From the NCBI GenBank assembly GCA_963924565.1, contig OZ004610.1:8618001-8682000 (forward strand): 64,000 nucleotides of DNA, given 5' to 3'. Positions 36,811 to 48,800 of the stretch are shown here, in pieces. Each line of letters opens with the position of its first letter. Positions within the stretch are counted from its first letter, which is position 1. Made by a program: the position numbers and the translations under genes. The notes below the pieces were generated by a model. It saw only the letters and a program-made list of their open reading frames with translations. It searched no databases and was not told the origin of the DNA. Source of the DNA: Ascidiella aspersa. Lineage: Eukaryota.

Positions 36811-39800
36811 TCACAACGAAAGGGTTTGAATTTGATCGAGAATCATTCTGCGATGCGCCTGATTGGTCACTCCGGCGTCGTTCAAATCTTCCTCTGTCAT
36901 GTCACTGAAGAAGTTCAAAACACAATTGTTTTAAAGGGAATGGTTTAATATTCAGAGACAAAAGATAAACAAGATCTTGTATTAAGTCTCATTATAATCG
37001 TGGGTTAAATCAAATGTATTTGGTTGCATTAGACATTGGGTTCTTACACTAGTGTCCGTAGCCCCCATGGGATGTACGTTGACTAGTTATAGGGGAACTA
37101 GTTATATAATTGAAATCTTGGTGTATACTTGGAAAAATGAAATGATTTATTTTCGAAAGTAAAGCGTTAAAAAAAACGTTTTGGCGCCTTATTAAATGTA
37201 TTTAAACTTCATTTTAGTTTCATATCTGTTTCTCATGTTTTAGACATCCAATGTTTTTTTCGTACTCTACAACTGTTTAGTCTTGAGCAAGAAAATACTC
37301 ATCGCGAGAAGAAAAAAAGTAGATTAAAAGAAAATGGTTGAATTTGGGAGACAAAAGCTAAACAAATGTCTGTGCCAGTTGCTAATGCCAATACAGTATT
37401 TTATGAAAAAGTTTTTGGTTTATCGGAAAAAATATATGGAGCTCATAAGTGGTCAAAAACCAATTACAAAACATTTAATTAAAATTAAGGAGTTTTATTG
37501 TCTTAAGTGATTTTAATTTTTTTCGCAAACGTTAACTCAAGTTAAAGTAACTTAAGATGTTGTCACATTGAAATCAAGCATTTGATTTATAAAGTTGATC
37601 ATTTTCTATTTTTGTTCAGCTTTAAATGAAACTGACAATAATTGTTTGTATGAACCAATTCACAACCAACAATACGAAATAAATGAGTTTACCCGAGAAA
37701 TTCGATGCTGTCCCAGCCATTATCGTGCAGAAGTGGGGCATACTGGGGCAAGTTGATCCAGGACAGGAATTCAGCCACTGATGTGGGTACAGGGGGTTTA
37801 CCTGGGATGTAAGTAGATGTGTGAAACCCCTTAAGGGTGTAAGTAGATGTGTGAAATCCCCCAACATTGTAAAGCCCGAGTAGGCATTTAAAATAGCTTC
37901 ACATAAGTTAGGAAAGTTACAAATCAGTAAAGGTAACCAGTTGATTTGTACAACAGCAAAACAAAACAAAGTAATTTTACGACTTCTTGAGACAATCAAA
38001 AGCGCAATAACTTATATTTTTCAGCTTTAAAGGAGTATGAAATATATACCTTGTTTAACAATACAATAACAATACCTAACGACTAGAACAGCCATTCTCA
38101 AATGGTACTAAACTTGAGGAAACTATACAACGTATACGACTTAAAGCGGATCATTCGTTAAAGTAAAAAAAAAGGAAATTGTTGTAGCAAATAAAGTTTA
38201 AAATCAGTTAAAGTACGTGACGCAAGATATGACACTGACCTGCTGTGGACTTTCTCTGACCTGGATGCTGAGGAGCAGATCGAAACTAAAAAATATTAGA
38301 CGTTTACAAGGCAGCAAAAGAACATCAAAATGATTAGCGTATTGCAAACAAGTGTATTTTTTAACATTAGTCAAAAATAGTATTTAAGGTCATCTTTTTC
38401 AGACATGTCATCGCAAAACAACGCAATTATCGAATTACACATCATTCTGTATGAAGAATGGAAACTATGTTTTTATCAAGGAGAAAATGATGTTTAATTT
38501 AGGTCAGAAGTTTCCCAGTTTTACGCAAAATTCGAAAAAGTTTCAAAAACATGTTTATGTATTAAAGTAGTTTTTTTCAACAACAAAAATACAAATTTGG
38601 GGTGGGGGTATTTTGCTAATTGAGGCAAAAAAAAAGTGCGAACAAAGCAGGATTCATACATTTATGTATTTACGGTCGGAAACCAAAACAATTGTGAGGT
38701 TTGGCATGGGAATTCCCCCTTGAACTATAAATTGACATTTTTTGTTTTTCGAGAACTTTTACAGACTTGTAGACAAGACGTCAAAAATAAATTGGATTTA
38801 AACATTCAGGTAGTTCTGGTTGCCCCCCCAAAAGTTGTTTAAGTAGGTATGACCTGGTGCCTCCCTAACCCCCCCCCCCCCCCCACCCCCCGCCCCTATG
38901 TGATGCAACTCACCCGGGGGGTGTCGTATCCAGGGCTTGGTACCCTGTGTTGCGCCACAGAGGAAACTGGGGGTTTCTCAAAGTCGCGAAAAATCCCCTC
39001 AATCTCGTCAAACTCAGCCAGGGTGTCGTCCACCATTCGCTTCTTGGTGGCCACAGAAGGGCGGTAGTGAGCAATCGGTGTCGCCGAGAGGTTGACCGGT
39101 GGTGATGACGTCATGTTGCTGACGGGGGGCGATGACGTCACTCCCCTGGGGTTGGGCGCGGGGCGGGATGGCGCCGGGGTTGGGGCTTAACAAAAAAGTG
39201 GGGACAAATATCGTTAAGGATAATGTTAGATAAATCAGGGCTTGGGTGGGATTTGAACCTTGAACCCTTGGTATTGCGTCCACAGATTCAAGTAGGCGCT
39301 TTTTGTATTTGATGGCGTCTTTTCGCTCGAGACTTTCACACTTTTGTGGAGTAAAACTAATGTTTGGGGCTTAACAGAAAAGTGGAGTCAATAATTGTAA
39401 AAGGTTTATATAAAATAAATAAGGGCTCAGTGAGATTCGAAACCAGAACCCTTGGTATTTGCGTCCAATGATTAAGTAAGCGCTTTGAGTATTTCATTGC
39501 GTCATCCGGTATTTCATTTTCACAAATTAGGCCTTTTAAACTTTGCCCACTGAAAAACACATTTAAAAAATTACAAGGTTAAAAGTTATATCAGTTGGCA
39601 TATCGTACAAAATTTAGAAAGATACCGAAGACAAAAATCCAACTGAAGAATACACAAAGCAAACAATTTTATCCAAAAAACGGTAAAAAACGCAAATAAA
39701 AAAGTTGCACAAATAAAAAATTGTACAATCTATAGAGATAACTGCTCATAACGAATAGAAATAGGGAAGTACCTTGTCTTTGCATGGGTTCTGGTTCGGG

Positions 39801-42800
39801 GGCGGTCTGCTGCTGTTTCACCCAAGGGGGGCGCACCGACTCGGCTGGGGCGTACAATCCCACGCTCTGGTGGTTGCTGAGAACATACAGACAAAACGAG
39901 CACGTAAGGACAGATTATTTAAAAAAATTAGTAAATCATTATTTGAAGTAAATCTCAAAGAAATGTGCACAGACATAGAACTATAAAAGTAATGCGAGGA
40001 TAAATATTTAATTATTTGACATAGATGTAAAAAAAACTCAATCTTGGTTCTATAGCGGGACTTAAAAGTTTTGTCTGAGAGTTTTTTATAACTTATTACA
40101 ACCGCTAGCTTCGCATAGGATATAATGTTAAATTCTTCCCCTTGTGTGCACTATTGAGTTATTGTTAACGTGTATTTCCTAAAAACTGGTGCGTTACTTG
40201 CTGTAAACGGAGTCACGACAAAAGGTATTCTTCAGTTGTAAGACTGATACCTTTGGTATTTTGGTGAGAAATTTTGTATTTCTGCGAGAAATGGCAGTTA
40301 TGAGATTAGTTTGACGTCAGTTTTTGTATTATGGTGCAAAAAAAAGTTTCTTTAGTTTCTGGTAAATGTTTTTCGAATATACCAAAAACTAAAGCCAATC
40401 AAAAAATAAGACGCATTTACGGGTATGGAGCCTCGAAGTATTCTAAAACTATTCAACACCGTGTGCCAAAAAATGTGTTGTTATTTGACTAAAGTTAAAC
40501 TACTATATGTTTTACATATTGGCAACTTAATTATATATATAGTTCGAACCGCCTTATTTACAAAACCCTTTAGAACATTTACATGAAAACAGAATACAAA
40601 CAAGAAAAACCCAAAATATTTTTCCACTCACTTCGACATGACTCTATCGGAAAGCACTGGGAACGTCGGGGAACCCCCTACGGAAGGAATAGTGGGCGGG
40701 GCGGCACCAGGGGACGTGGCACTCAGTTCGTCGGGATTGGCGTAAGTGCCTTCCTCGACTTAACAAGTGGGAATGTATAATTTGAATACACGAACACAAT
40801 CCAATAAACCAATTGCACAGCTGTCAATCTCACAAAGTAGGTATTAAAATGAAAGTTTAAAATCGCATATGTTGCTGTCCTTTTTAAATGTGCTGAATCA
40901 ATTCAACAAACTTAGTGAGAATATTAACGTTGGTAGCATTTTTAATGTTTTGAATATTTCTTTATTAATTTTCAACATCTAATATCAAGTTTTACTACAA
41001 ACTCCAACCATTACGCTCCAAAATCAATTTTTGAAAAGAGCAAATTTTTTTATTACACTTACGCCACAAAATGGAAAGACGGACGAGAAATAAAAATAGC
41101 ACCTATTAAGAAGCGACAGGTTGAGCTGAAGGCAAGCTCACTTAACTTTATGAATTGTAAGATTTTTAGAATTAAAAGCACGATATACTCAGAGTGTTTC
41201 ACTAGCTAACACTTACTTCCAGGCGAATCCACGTAAACAGCGACCTCTGGCGAAATGTTTTTTGTCCCTTTCATGTTGGTAGGTGTCCTAAGAGAGCAAA
41301 ACCGCCAATTGGTCAAAGCCCAACAATTTACAGAAAAATACCAAAAACAAATTGATTAAAAAACATAAGAATTTTACGGGACATCACAAATTAATTTTCC
41401 TCATAGCACCAAGAAAGCGTAATAATCCAAAATAAAAAATAATTACAAATTTTTAAAACACATTTTTAGACAAAAATGCACGTAATGTAGCTTGAAAACG
41501 AATGTCAAAGTCAAATAGGTCTGTAAATCAACACTATCCTAATAAAGCTGAAACACTTTAGAAAAGTAAGTATTTCCCGCGAACAATAAAATGTAAAAGA
41601 AAGATTCTCGTCTTCGTATCCAAAGATCTTAAAACTGTTTACTTATTTTAAAATCTATCCTAATGAAGACGTTCCGAAGCGTATTGACATTAACTGATAA
41701 TGAGACAAGTGCGTACCGAAACGCCATTACCAAGATGTGGTCGATTTACTCAACCTATTCTTTTAATTCTGAGAAAAAGTTAGACTAAAGAACTCACGCT
41801 TGTCTTGCCCTGAATGGCGGTATGTTGATGTTGTTGGTGATAGGAGGTGTAGCTCGATTACTGGAAGTGAGATCTGAAACAGCTCCGTACAATGGGGCCT
41901 CCTCGATCTAAGATAAAATATTCTCGGTTTGTTTTCGCATTTCAATTTATTATCCGTACTTCATTTTGCCATTTTTTTATGTTCAAATAAAAAAAGAGTT
42001 TTACTTTTGATAACAGAAACTTTCTCAATTAATGTTTTGGCAATCTTTGTCGAAAAAGAACACTGTACGTAGAAATTAAAATGTATATTTTCTTCATTTA
42101 TGTTCTACAAATTTTCTGTTACAATCTGTTTTTTCATATGTGTGAAGCTGAATTCGAGAAAAACTAAGAAGATTTAAAAACTTAAAGATAAAGTTCCTTT
42201 TTACAATGTAAAGCTACATGTTAAAAGTTCGCAAACATCAAGCTATTCTTGCTATACAAAAGTGACAATGGTAAAAAATTGTATTGTTAAACAAGCAACA
42301 TTAATATTTTTAGACTAGAATGTAACTTATGGGACAAGAATTCTCTGTGGGACAATCTTCTGCTTAACACAACTTATCAACCATTTAAGCCAGTGGATCC
42401 TAAATTTTAGTAGCTTTATGCCTTAAACCACTAAGTGGAATTTACCTACGTCCTTTTAAATACAAACAAAATTCAACACAAGAATGGCATATTAATATGC
42501 ATGTCAATCGCTCCTTAAAACTGTAACTATTTTTTGGGACCAAGCAATCAAAGAAAGTCTAAGATAATTGTTAAAATTAGCACATACAAATGTTCAAATA
42601 TACTTTTTAGGGCTAATTGTTTTTAATGCCAAACTGTTACATAACACAAGGGTTGAAAATCAAAAGTCACCTAAGCCACTGAACTTGATTTGTCACGTTT
42701 CAAACTATTAACACAGCCCTGTATACACTGTATAATATATATCACGGGGCCTACAGTTCTAAGTACTGTTAAAATACAATACGAACAATATGCGGTTTCT

Positions 42801-45800
42801 GTTTTCCGTCTTCGTCCTTAAAACCTCCAAACTGAATGAAATCGTATGTCTTCTCCTTAATGGCGCGAGACGAAGCTCTGAAAACAATTCAGTTCATAAA
42901 ATGCCAAGTGCGAACTGACAGTGCCTTGCCTAAACTGTTATGCTTTAAAAGAGAAAGAAAGAACAGTACTCATTGTTAGATCACAGTCGATATTTTAAAC
43001 AATGCCGAGAAAAACTTTTGGATTCAAATCTCTATTTGATTGAAAACAGTCCATTGTTAGATAACAATTCAATATTTCAAACAGTGCCAATTTTAACTTT
43101 TCGATTCGAAACTGAGATGGTTGTGTAGAATTGTCTACTATTAGATTTTAGTCGGTATTTTAAATAAATTCTATATTAGGAGTTTTATTTAAAAATGGAC
43201 TAAATTGAAAGAAATGCTTGAAAGTTATAAATGACAATTTTTCATCGATTCTAGTCTAAAAATGACACTTTAGTTATTATCGAACATTAGTTACGAAAAT
43301 AAACATTAAATTGAGGGAGAAATATATTTACCAAATTATTTATATATTCAATGTCAAGAATAAAAAGTTCGCCTTTCGTCTATTGGTTTTCTAAACTATT
43401 TTGAATTCTACTTGAACCTTTCATCATTACCAGGCAGAATGGCTCTGGCGTTCAAAATATCAATGCGAAGCAATTTGTAGAAATAGCAGGTTACTAAGTT
43501 AGCAATGTCATATTGATGGCTTTTAAAGACTTATTAAATATAGCACAGTTTCATTTAATCATAAACCACAATCATTAGCATTAGATTCTTCAATGGTCGT
43601 AAAGGTTTTTCAGGTGTTTGACTTCTGGCAACATATAAGAATGGTTGTTTCCAGAGAAAAACAAAAGAACAACTAAACTAAAAATTAAAATCCGTCATTA
43701 AATATTTTTAATATTTTTTAAAAACAAAAATCAAGTGTTTTTAATCAGGTTTTAATCATAAACCACATGCTTATTAGAATTAGATTCTTTATTGGTAGTA
43801 AAGGTTTTAGATTGACCTATGGCAGCATACAATGATGGCTATTTCCAGACAAAAACTAAAAAACTAAAGACCAATTGAAAATTTGTCAGTGATAATTTTT
43901 ATTTATTTTGTTACAATTCTAAGAAAAACTTTTTCTCATAGAGCGCAGCATAGTACGACCTTACTTATGTTTGTTCCATACAACTGTACTTGTCAGTACT
44001 CACAAACATTGGCTATAGCCTATAGCTAAAACACAACTTCTTTAAAAAAAATATCAACCTTTGGGCCAAGAGGTCTAGAGACTCATTTCACCAAGCAACT
44101 TTACACCGTACTGATTTTCCAAATTGCCTACAAATGGACCGTTTGATTTTCTAAATGGCCAAAGTGACCTTACCCTGGTTTAACAAGCATCCTTCCCTTG
44201 ATCTGCCCAGTGTCGTCACCCTTTCTGGTCAATCTTTCCTCGAACATTTGAGGGTCGGTGCCGATCATTGAGCGGAGTGCAAGGACACACTCGGCTGTAG
44301 AGGAACAAGACAGGTTACTATTTCTCATCTGGTTTTAAATCAATCGTAAAACTGTCCTTTCGAGAAATATTTTTTTATTAAGTGTACCGACGTTTCGATA
44401 ACCTACACAGGAATTCCTTCTAAAGATTTCGTGTATGGGTTATCGAAACCTCGGTACATTAAATAAAAAAAAACATTGGCCGTTTTAATTGGTACAATGC
44501 CTTGCAGCAACAGTATATTCGTTGAATCCAAAGGACTGGTTTTAAATGCCCTTTAGTGTTTTATCGGAGCCAATTCGATATTAAGGGTTAAAGGCATTTT
44601 CAAAGGAATCAGTTAAACGAACCGATTTCTCTTTAAAAAAATAATTCAACTGTCGGAAATGGAACTTTCACAACTAAATGTAACCCAATTATGGCTCAAT
44701 ATCATGGTTATTGGTCAACCTAGTTTTTGCATGCCTGATTAAGAAAATAAGATTTGGACGTTTTTTTTAAAGAAATACCCTAAAAACGACCAACTGTTCA
44801 ACAGACGAGTAATGAACAAGAACAGACATTTCGTTTAAGCAACAAATGGTTTGGCAAAAAATAGAATTCTACCGTTTCAACGAACCAAAAAACATAAAAA
44901 AAATTCCCACTTTCGTAAAAATTAAATTACACCGTTCGCAACAGGAGGAAATGTATGAGGTATCTACGGTGTGGGTGTTTCAAGTCAAAAAGTGTGAATA
45001 ACTGAATAATCTTTAAAAAAATCCCATCTCACCGTGTACTTCATTATCGTCCTCAGCTCTGACAGAGACGAGAATATGTTGATCGACCAGATATTCTCGG
45101 TCGGCGATGATTGGCTTTAGTTGCTGAAGACAGTCCTTGCTCCAACCAATCCTCACGTAATTCTGACCTAAATCCTTTGTCTCAAACCGGTTGCTGCGCT
45201 TGCTCCTGATGTATTCTGCGTGGGGCAAAAACACTTTTGTTGTTTTTTTAGACATTAAATGGCAAAAAAGATTTAAAGACTGACTTACGCTTTACTTCTA
45301 AATCGCAAGGGATACATGCAAATTAGAACCAAATTAAGGTTTAGGAAAAAAATAGAAAAAATATGTTTCGGTTAATTATTACACTTAAATTATAATAAAA
45401 AGCACTTTTTATGCATCTCTTAATATGTATTTTGGTCGTGACAAAGGGTCCTTAATTTTGGTTAGGGTTCCTTCAGTTTAAAATTCGAAAGGCAATGTTT
45501 CACCTTTAAATGCACATGCAGTCATTCATATGGGGAATTAATCACGCTACTTTTCAGAAAAAAATATTATTCTGTTTTTACTCGTGTTTTTCAACTTCAA
45601 TTTTAGTTGTTATTGCACATGCCGTCAATAACAGTCAACAATACATACAACTAAAGGTTTTATAGAACTCACTGGTGAGGCATACTGAGTGGAACTGAAG
45701 ATAGAAGGAACTCTTCCCAGGAGCCTTCAGTATAACTTCAACATTCTCAAAGCTTATAGAAGAACTGTCGGCAGGATAGTCGGGCGATGAGCGCAGACCT

Positions 45801-48800
45801 AAATTTAAATGATGCAAATAACAAACTTCTATATATTACGTCACAATTAATATGTTACGTTCTTTGGTTAACAGCTTAATGTAAGATCATGTAATTATGT
45901 TTATTTTGGAGGAATAACAAAAGTGCACAGTATTTGTAGTAATAGTATAAGTGGTCTGCGATAAGATTCGAACCCACCACCTCGTCCAAATCGGTTTGTT
46001 CGTTCTAATGACTAAGGCTAAGCGACTGTCTTAAGTTCGAATTACATGTTTTTGCTATCTAGTTTGCACTTTTGGAACACTTAATAATCACCTGAGTATA
46101 AAAAATGCAAATTGCTAAATAGATAAAATCAAACCACAGTTCGGAAAAAGATAAAGACAATTTCACCTGCTTTGGAAACGTATTGACCCCTGACCCCGAC
46201 TTGGTAGTTGGAAAACACTGGGGAGTGGTCACTTGTCATTATGTCGTCACTACAACCTGACAATCGACAATAAAAGGTGTTTAAATGTAAACATCACAGG
46301 TAAGTTTTTATTTTATATTGTGAAAGTACAGTGAAATTAATTGCTCATTATAAACAAACTAAATTGAACTTGACTTCGCGCTAGTTTGGACAAACGATTT
46401 AAACTGAATATATGTTATTTTTTAAATATTTTGATAACATAAACTTATTCACCTTATTATGTTTTAATGTGAAGCAGTCTAGTTTTGTATTGTTTTAAAT
46501 TTTAATTCTGCACAATTGTTTAAAATGACTTAACCTGGACTTTAGTTGGATAGCAAATCATTAATATAAAGGGTTACCATTCCGTGCTTGTTTCTAAGAT
46601 TTCTGTTTATTTTTACGAAAAGTACGAAATTCCCGATGTGCATATTTACAAGAAACGTGCTTATTTTTGAGTTGTGCAGCCAACTCATCTTTTTTATATT
46701 GTTTTTCCACAATTATGAAACTTCAACTGAGCAGGGAAAACTCTATTCAACATTCATTCATAACTTCGTTCTTAACGTATTATGACAACATATTTTGAAC
46801 GAAATAAATGTGTTCTATCTCTCCAAAAAGTGTAGCGTTTAACATTCAATAATTACGAGTGGCAAACTACCACGACATCACATCAAATCTGCTTATTTTT
46901 CTCCTTAACAGAGGGTAACCCTGCTCATATCCCATTATCACGAGCAAAGTCACATTCGAAAAGAAATACACTCACCATAAGCAAGACATTGCGAGTGTGT
47001 TTCCGGGTAGGATCTCCACAGTACACGGTCACACCAGGACGGGTTGTTGATTCGGATGCCAGTCTTCTTCACTTTAAGGTGGGAGTAAGTCTCCCTGGTG
47101 CCACGCTCGTACCGGTAGGTGGGGGGAAAGAGCACCTCGTCTTCGCCTAGTTGTACAACGCGTTGGTTAGGGTTTTATGCAACAAACAGACACCATTATT
47201 GAGCTTTAGGTAAGGCCGCATTCAACGATTGAACTCCATTTTGGAATTGTGACGAACTATTTCTATACTATGGTGTGAGGCGTTTGGTACGCTAATAGTA
47301 CAACGTGTTGATTAGGGTTTTATGCAGCAAACAGACTGCATTATTGAGATAAATAAACAAGCTACTATAAACATGTTGGTTGTCCAACGCTTTAGTTAGG
47401 GCCACGTTCAACGATCGAACTCCATTTTGAAACTTGTGACAAACCATTTCGATAACATGGTGTAAAGCGTTGTTTAGGATTTTATGCAACAAATCAACTC
47501 CATTATTGAGCTTGTAAACAAGCTACTAAGGCGACAACCAGTTTATTCAGCGATCAAAACGAAAAAGCAAACGAGCGGTGACAGCGCGCATAAAAACGAG
47601 AGAAGAGAAAATAAGAAAAAGGTTCACTTCGTGTACACGTATGTGGGAAATTACAGGGCCGCTACATGACCCCCTCCCAGAAGTGAACCTATCAAAAACG
47701 ATCAGGGGGGTGAATCACACGACCAGCGCGCGTTTGTACGAATGTTTGCTCCAATTCGTTGGGCAAAGCTGGTGTCGAGATGTTGCGCGAAGGAGGTCTT
47801 CCTCGGCGGGGTGCTTGAGGTACCTCGATCGGTTGTGTCTCGTCGATGTATGCTGGCTTCAAGCGATCAATGGAAATCGTTTGGTTTCGCCCACCTATAT
47901 CCACTGTGAACGTCTTGTCACTGCGCCGAATTACTCGAAATGGCCCGTTGTACGGCGGCGTAAGGGGAGGGCGATGCTTGTCAACTCGTACGAAAACGTA
48001 ATTACTCGTGCCAAGTGATCTAGGAACGTCCGTCTTTGCTCTACCGTGACGCGACATCGGGGTTGGCGCCAGGTGTCGAAAGGAATCTCGCAAAGCTGGT
48101 CACGTCGGGGGTCACCAATAAGGCGACAACCAGTTTATTCAGCAATCAAAACGAAAAAGCAAACGAGCGGTGACAGCGCGCATAAAAACGAGTAGAAGAG
48201 AAAATAAGAAAAAGGTTCACTTCGTGTACACGTATGTGGGAAATTACAGGGCCGCTACACTACTATCAATATGTTGCTTGTATAACGTTTTGTTTGGGGT
48301 TTTTGTTCACAGGCATAAAAACATAGGACGAGCATAAATCAGTTTTAATGTAAAGAATACATCTTCGTATTAGTTTTCGCAATTTTCCCCAAAAATACCA
48401 TCTTACAAGTTAAAGTTTAGGCAAAATATTGTAACAACTCACAGAATCCGGCGAAGACCTTGTTAGAATCCTTTTCCCGTCTCAGCTGATCGACTTTCGA
48501 CAAAGTGCTGAAGTCGTTCCGCTTCACGTACGACAGGATTTCCTGTACGTCCATCTCCAGCCTGCGCCAAAGACTGTGATTTGAACTTTTAACATGGACA
48601 CAACTTTGTTAAATTAGCATTTAATTAAAAAACGCCAATAATTTGCTTGCTTTGTATGCTTGGCAAACGAACATTGCTGGGAATAACAATTACATTTTTC
48701 ATAGCTTAAGCAAAATTAGAGTTGCCTTTCAACTTAATTAGCTTTGCGCATACTTCAAAAAAAACATATTTTCATATTTTAAAAATACCTTGAACTGAAG

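Noticed and set aside
38869-38896. Poly-C run (G-quadruplex-prone on the SHIP sense strand)
   Set aside because: A simple homopolymer whose length is unreliable in assemblies; no further support.
47578-48018. 146-aa plus-strand ORF
   Set aside because: It is antisense to the Gypsy integrase remnant and LTR.
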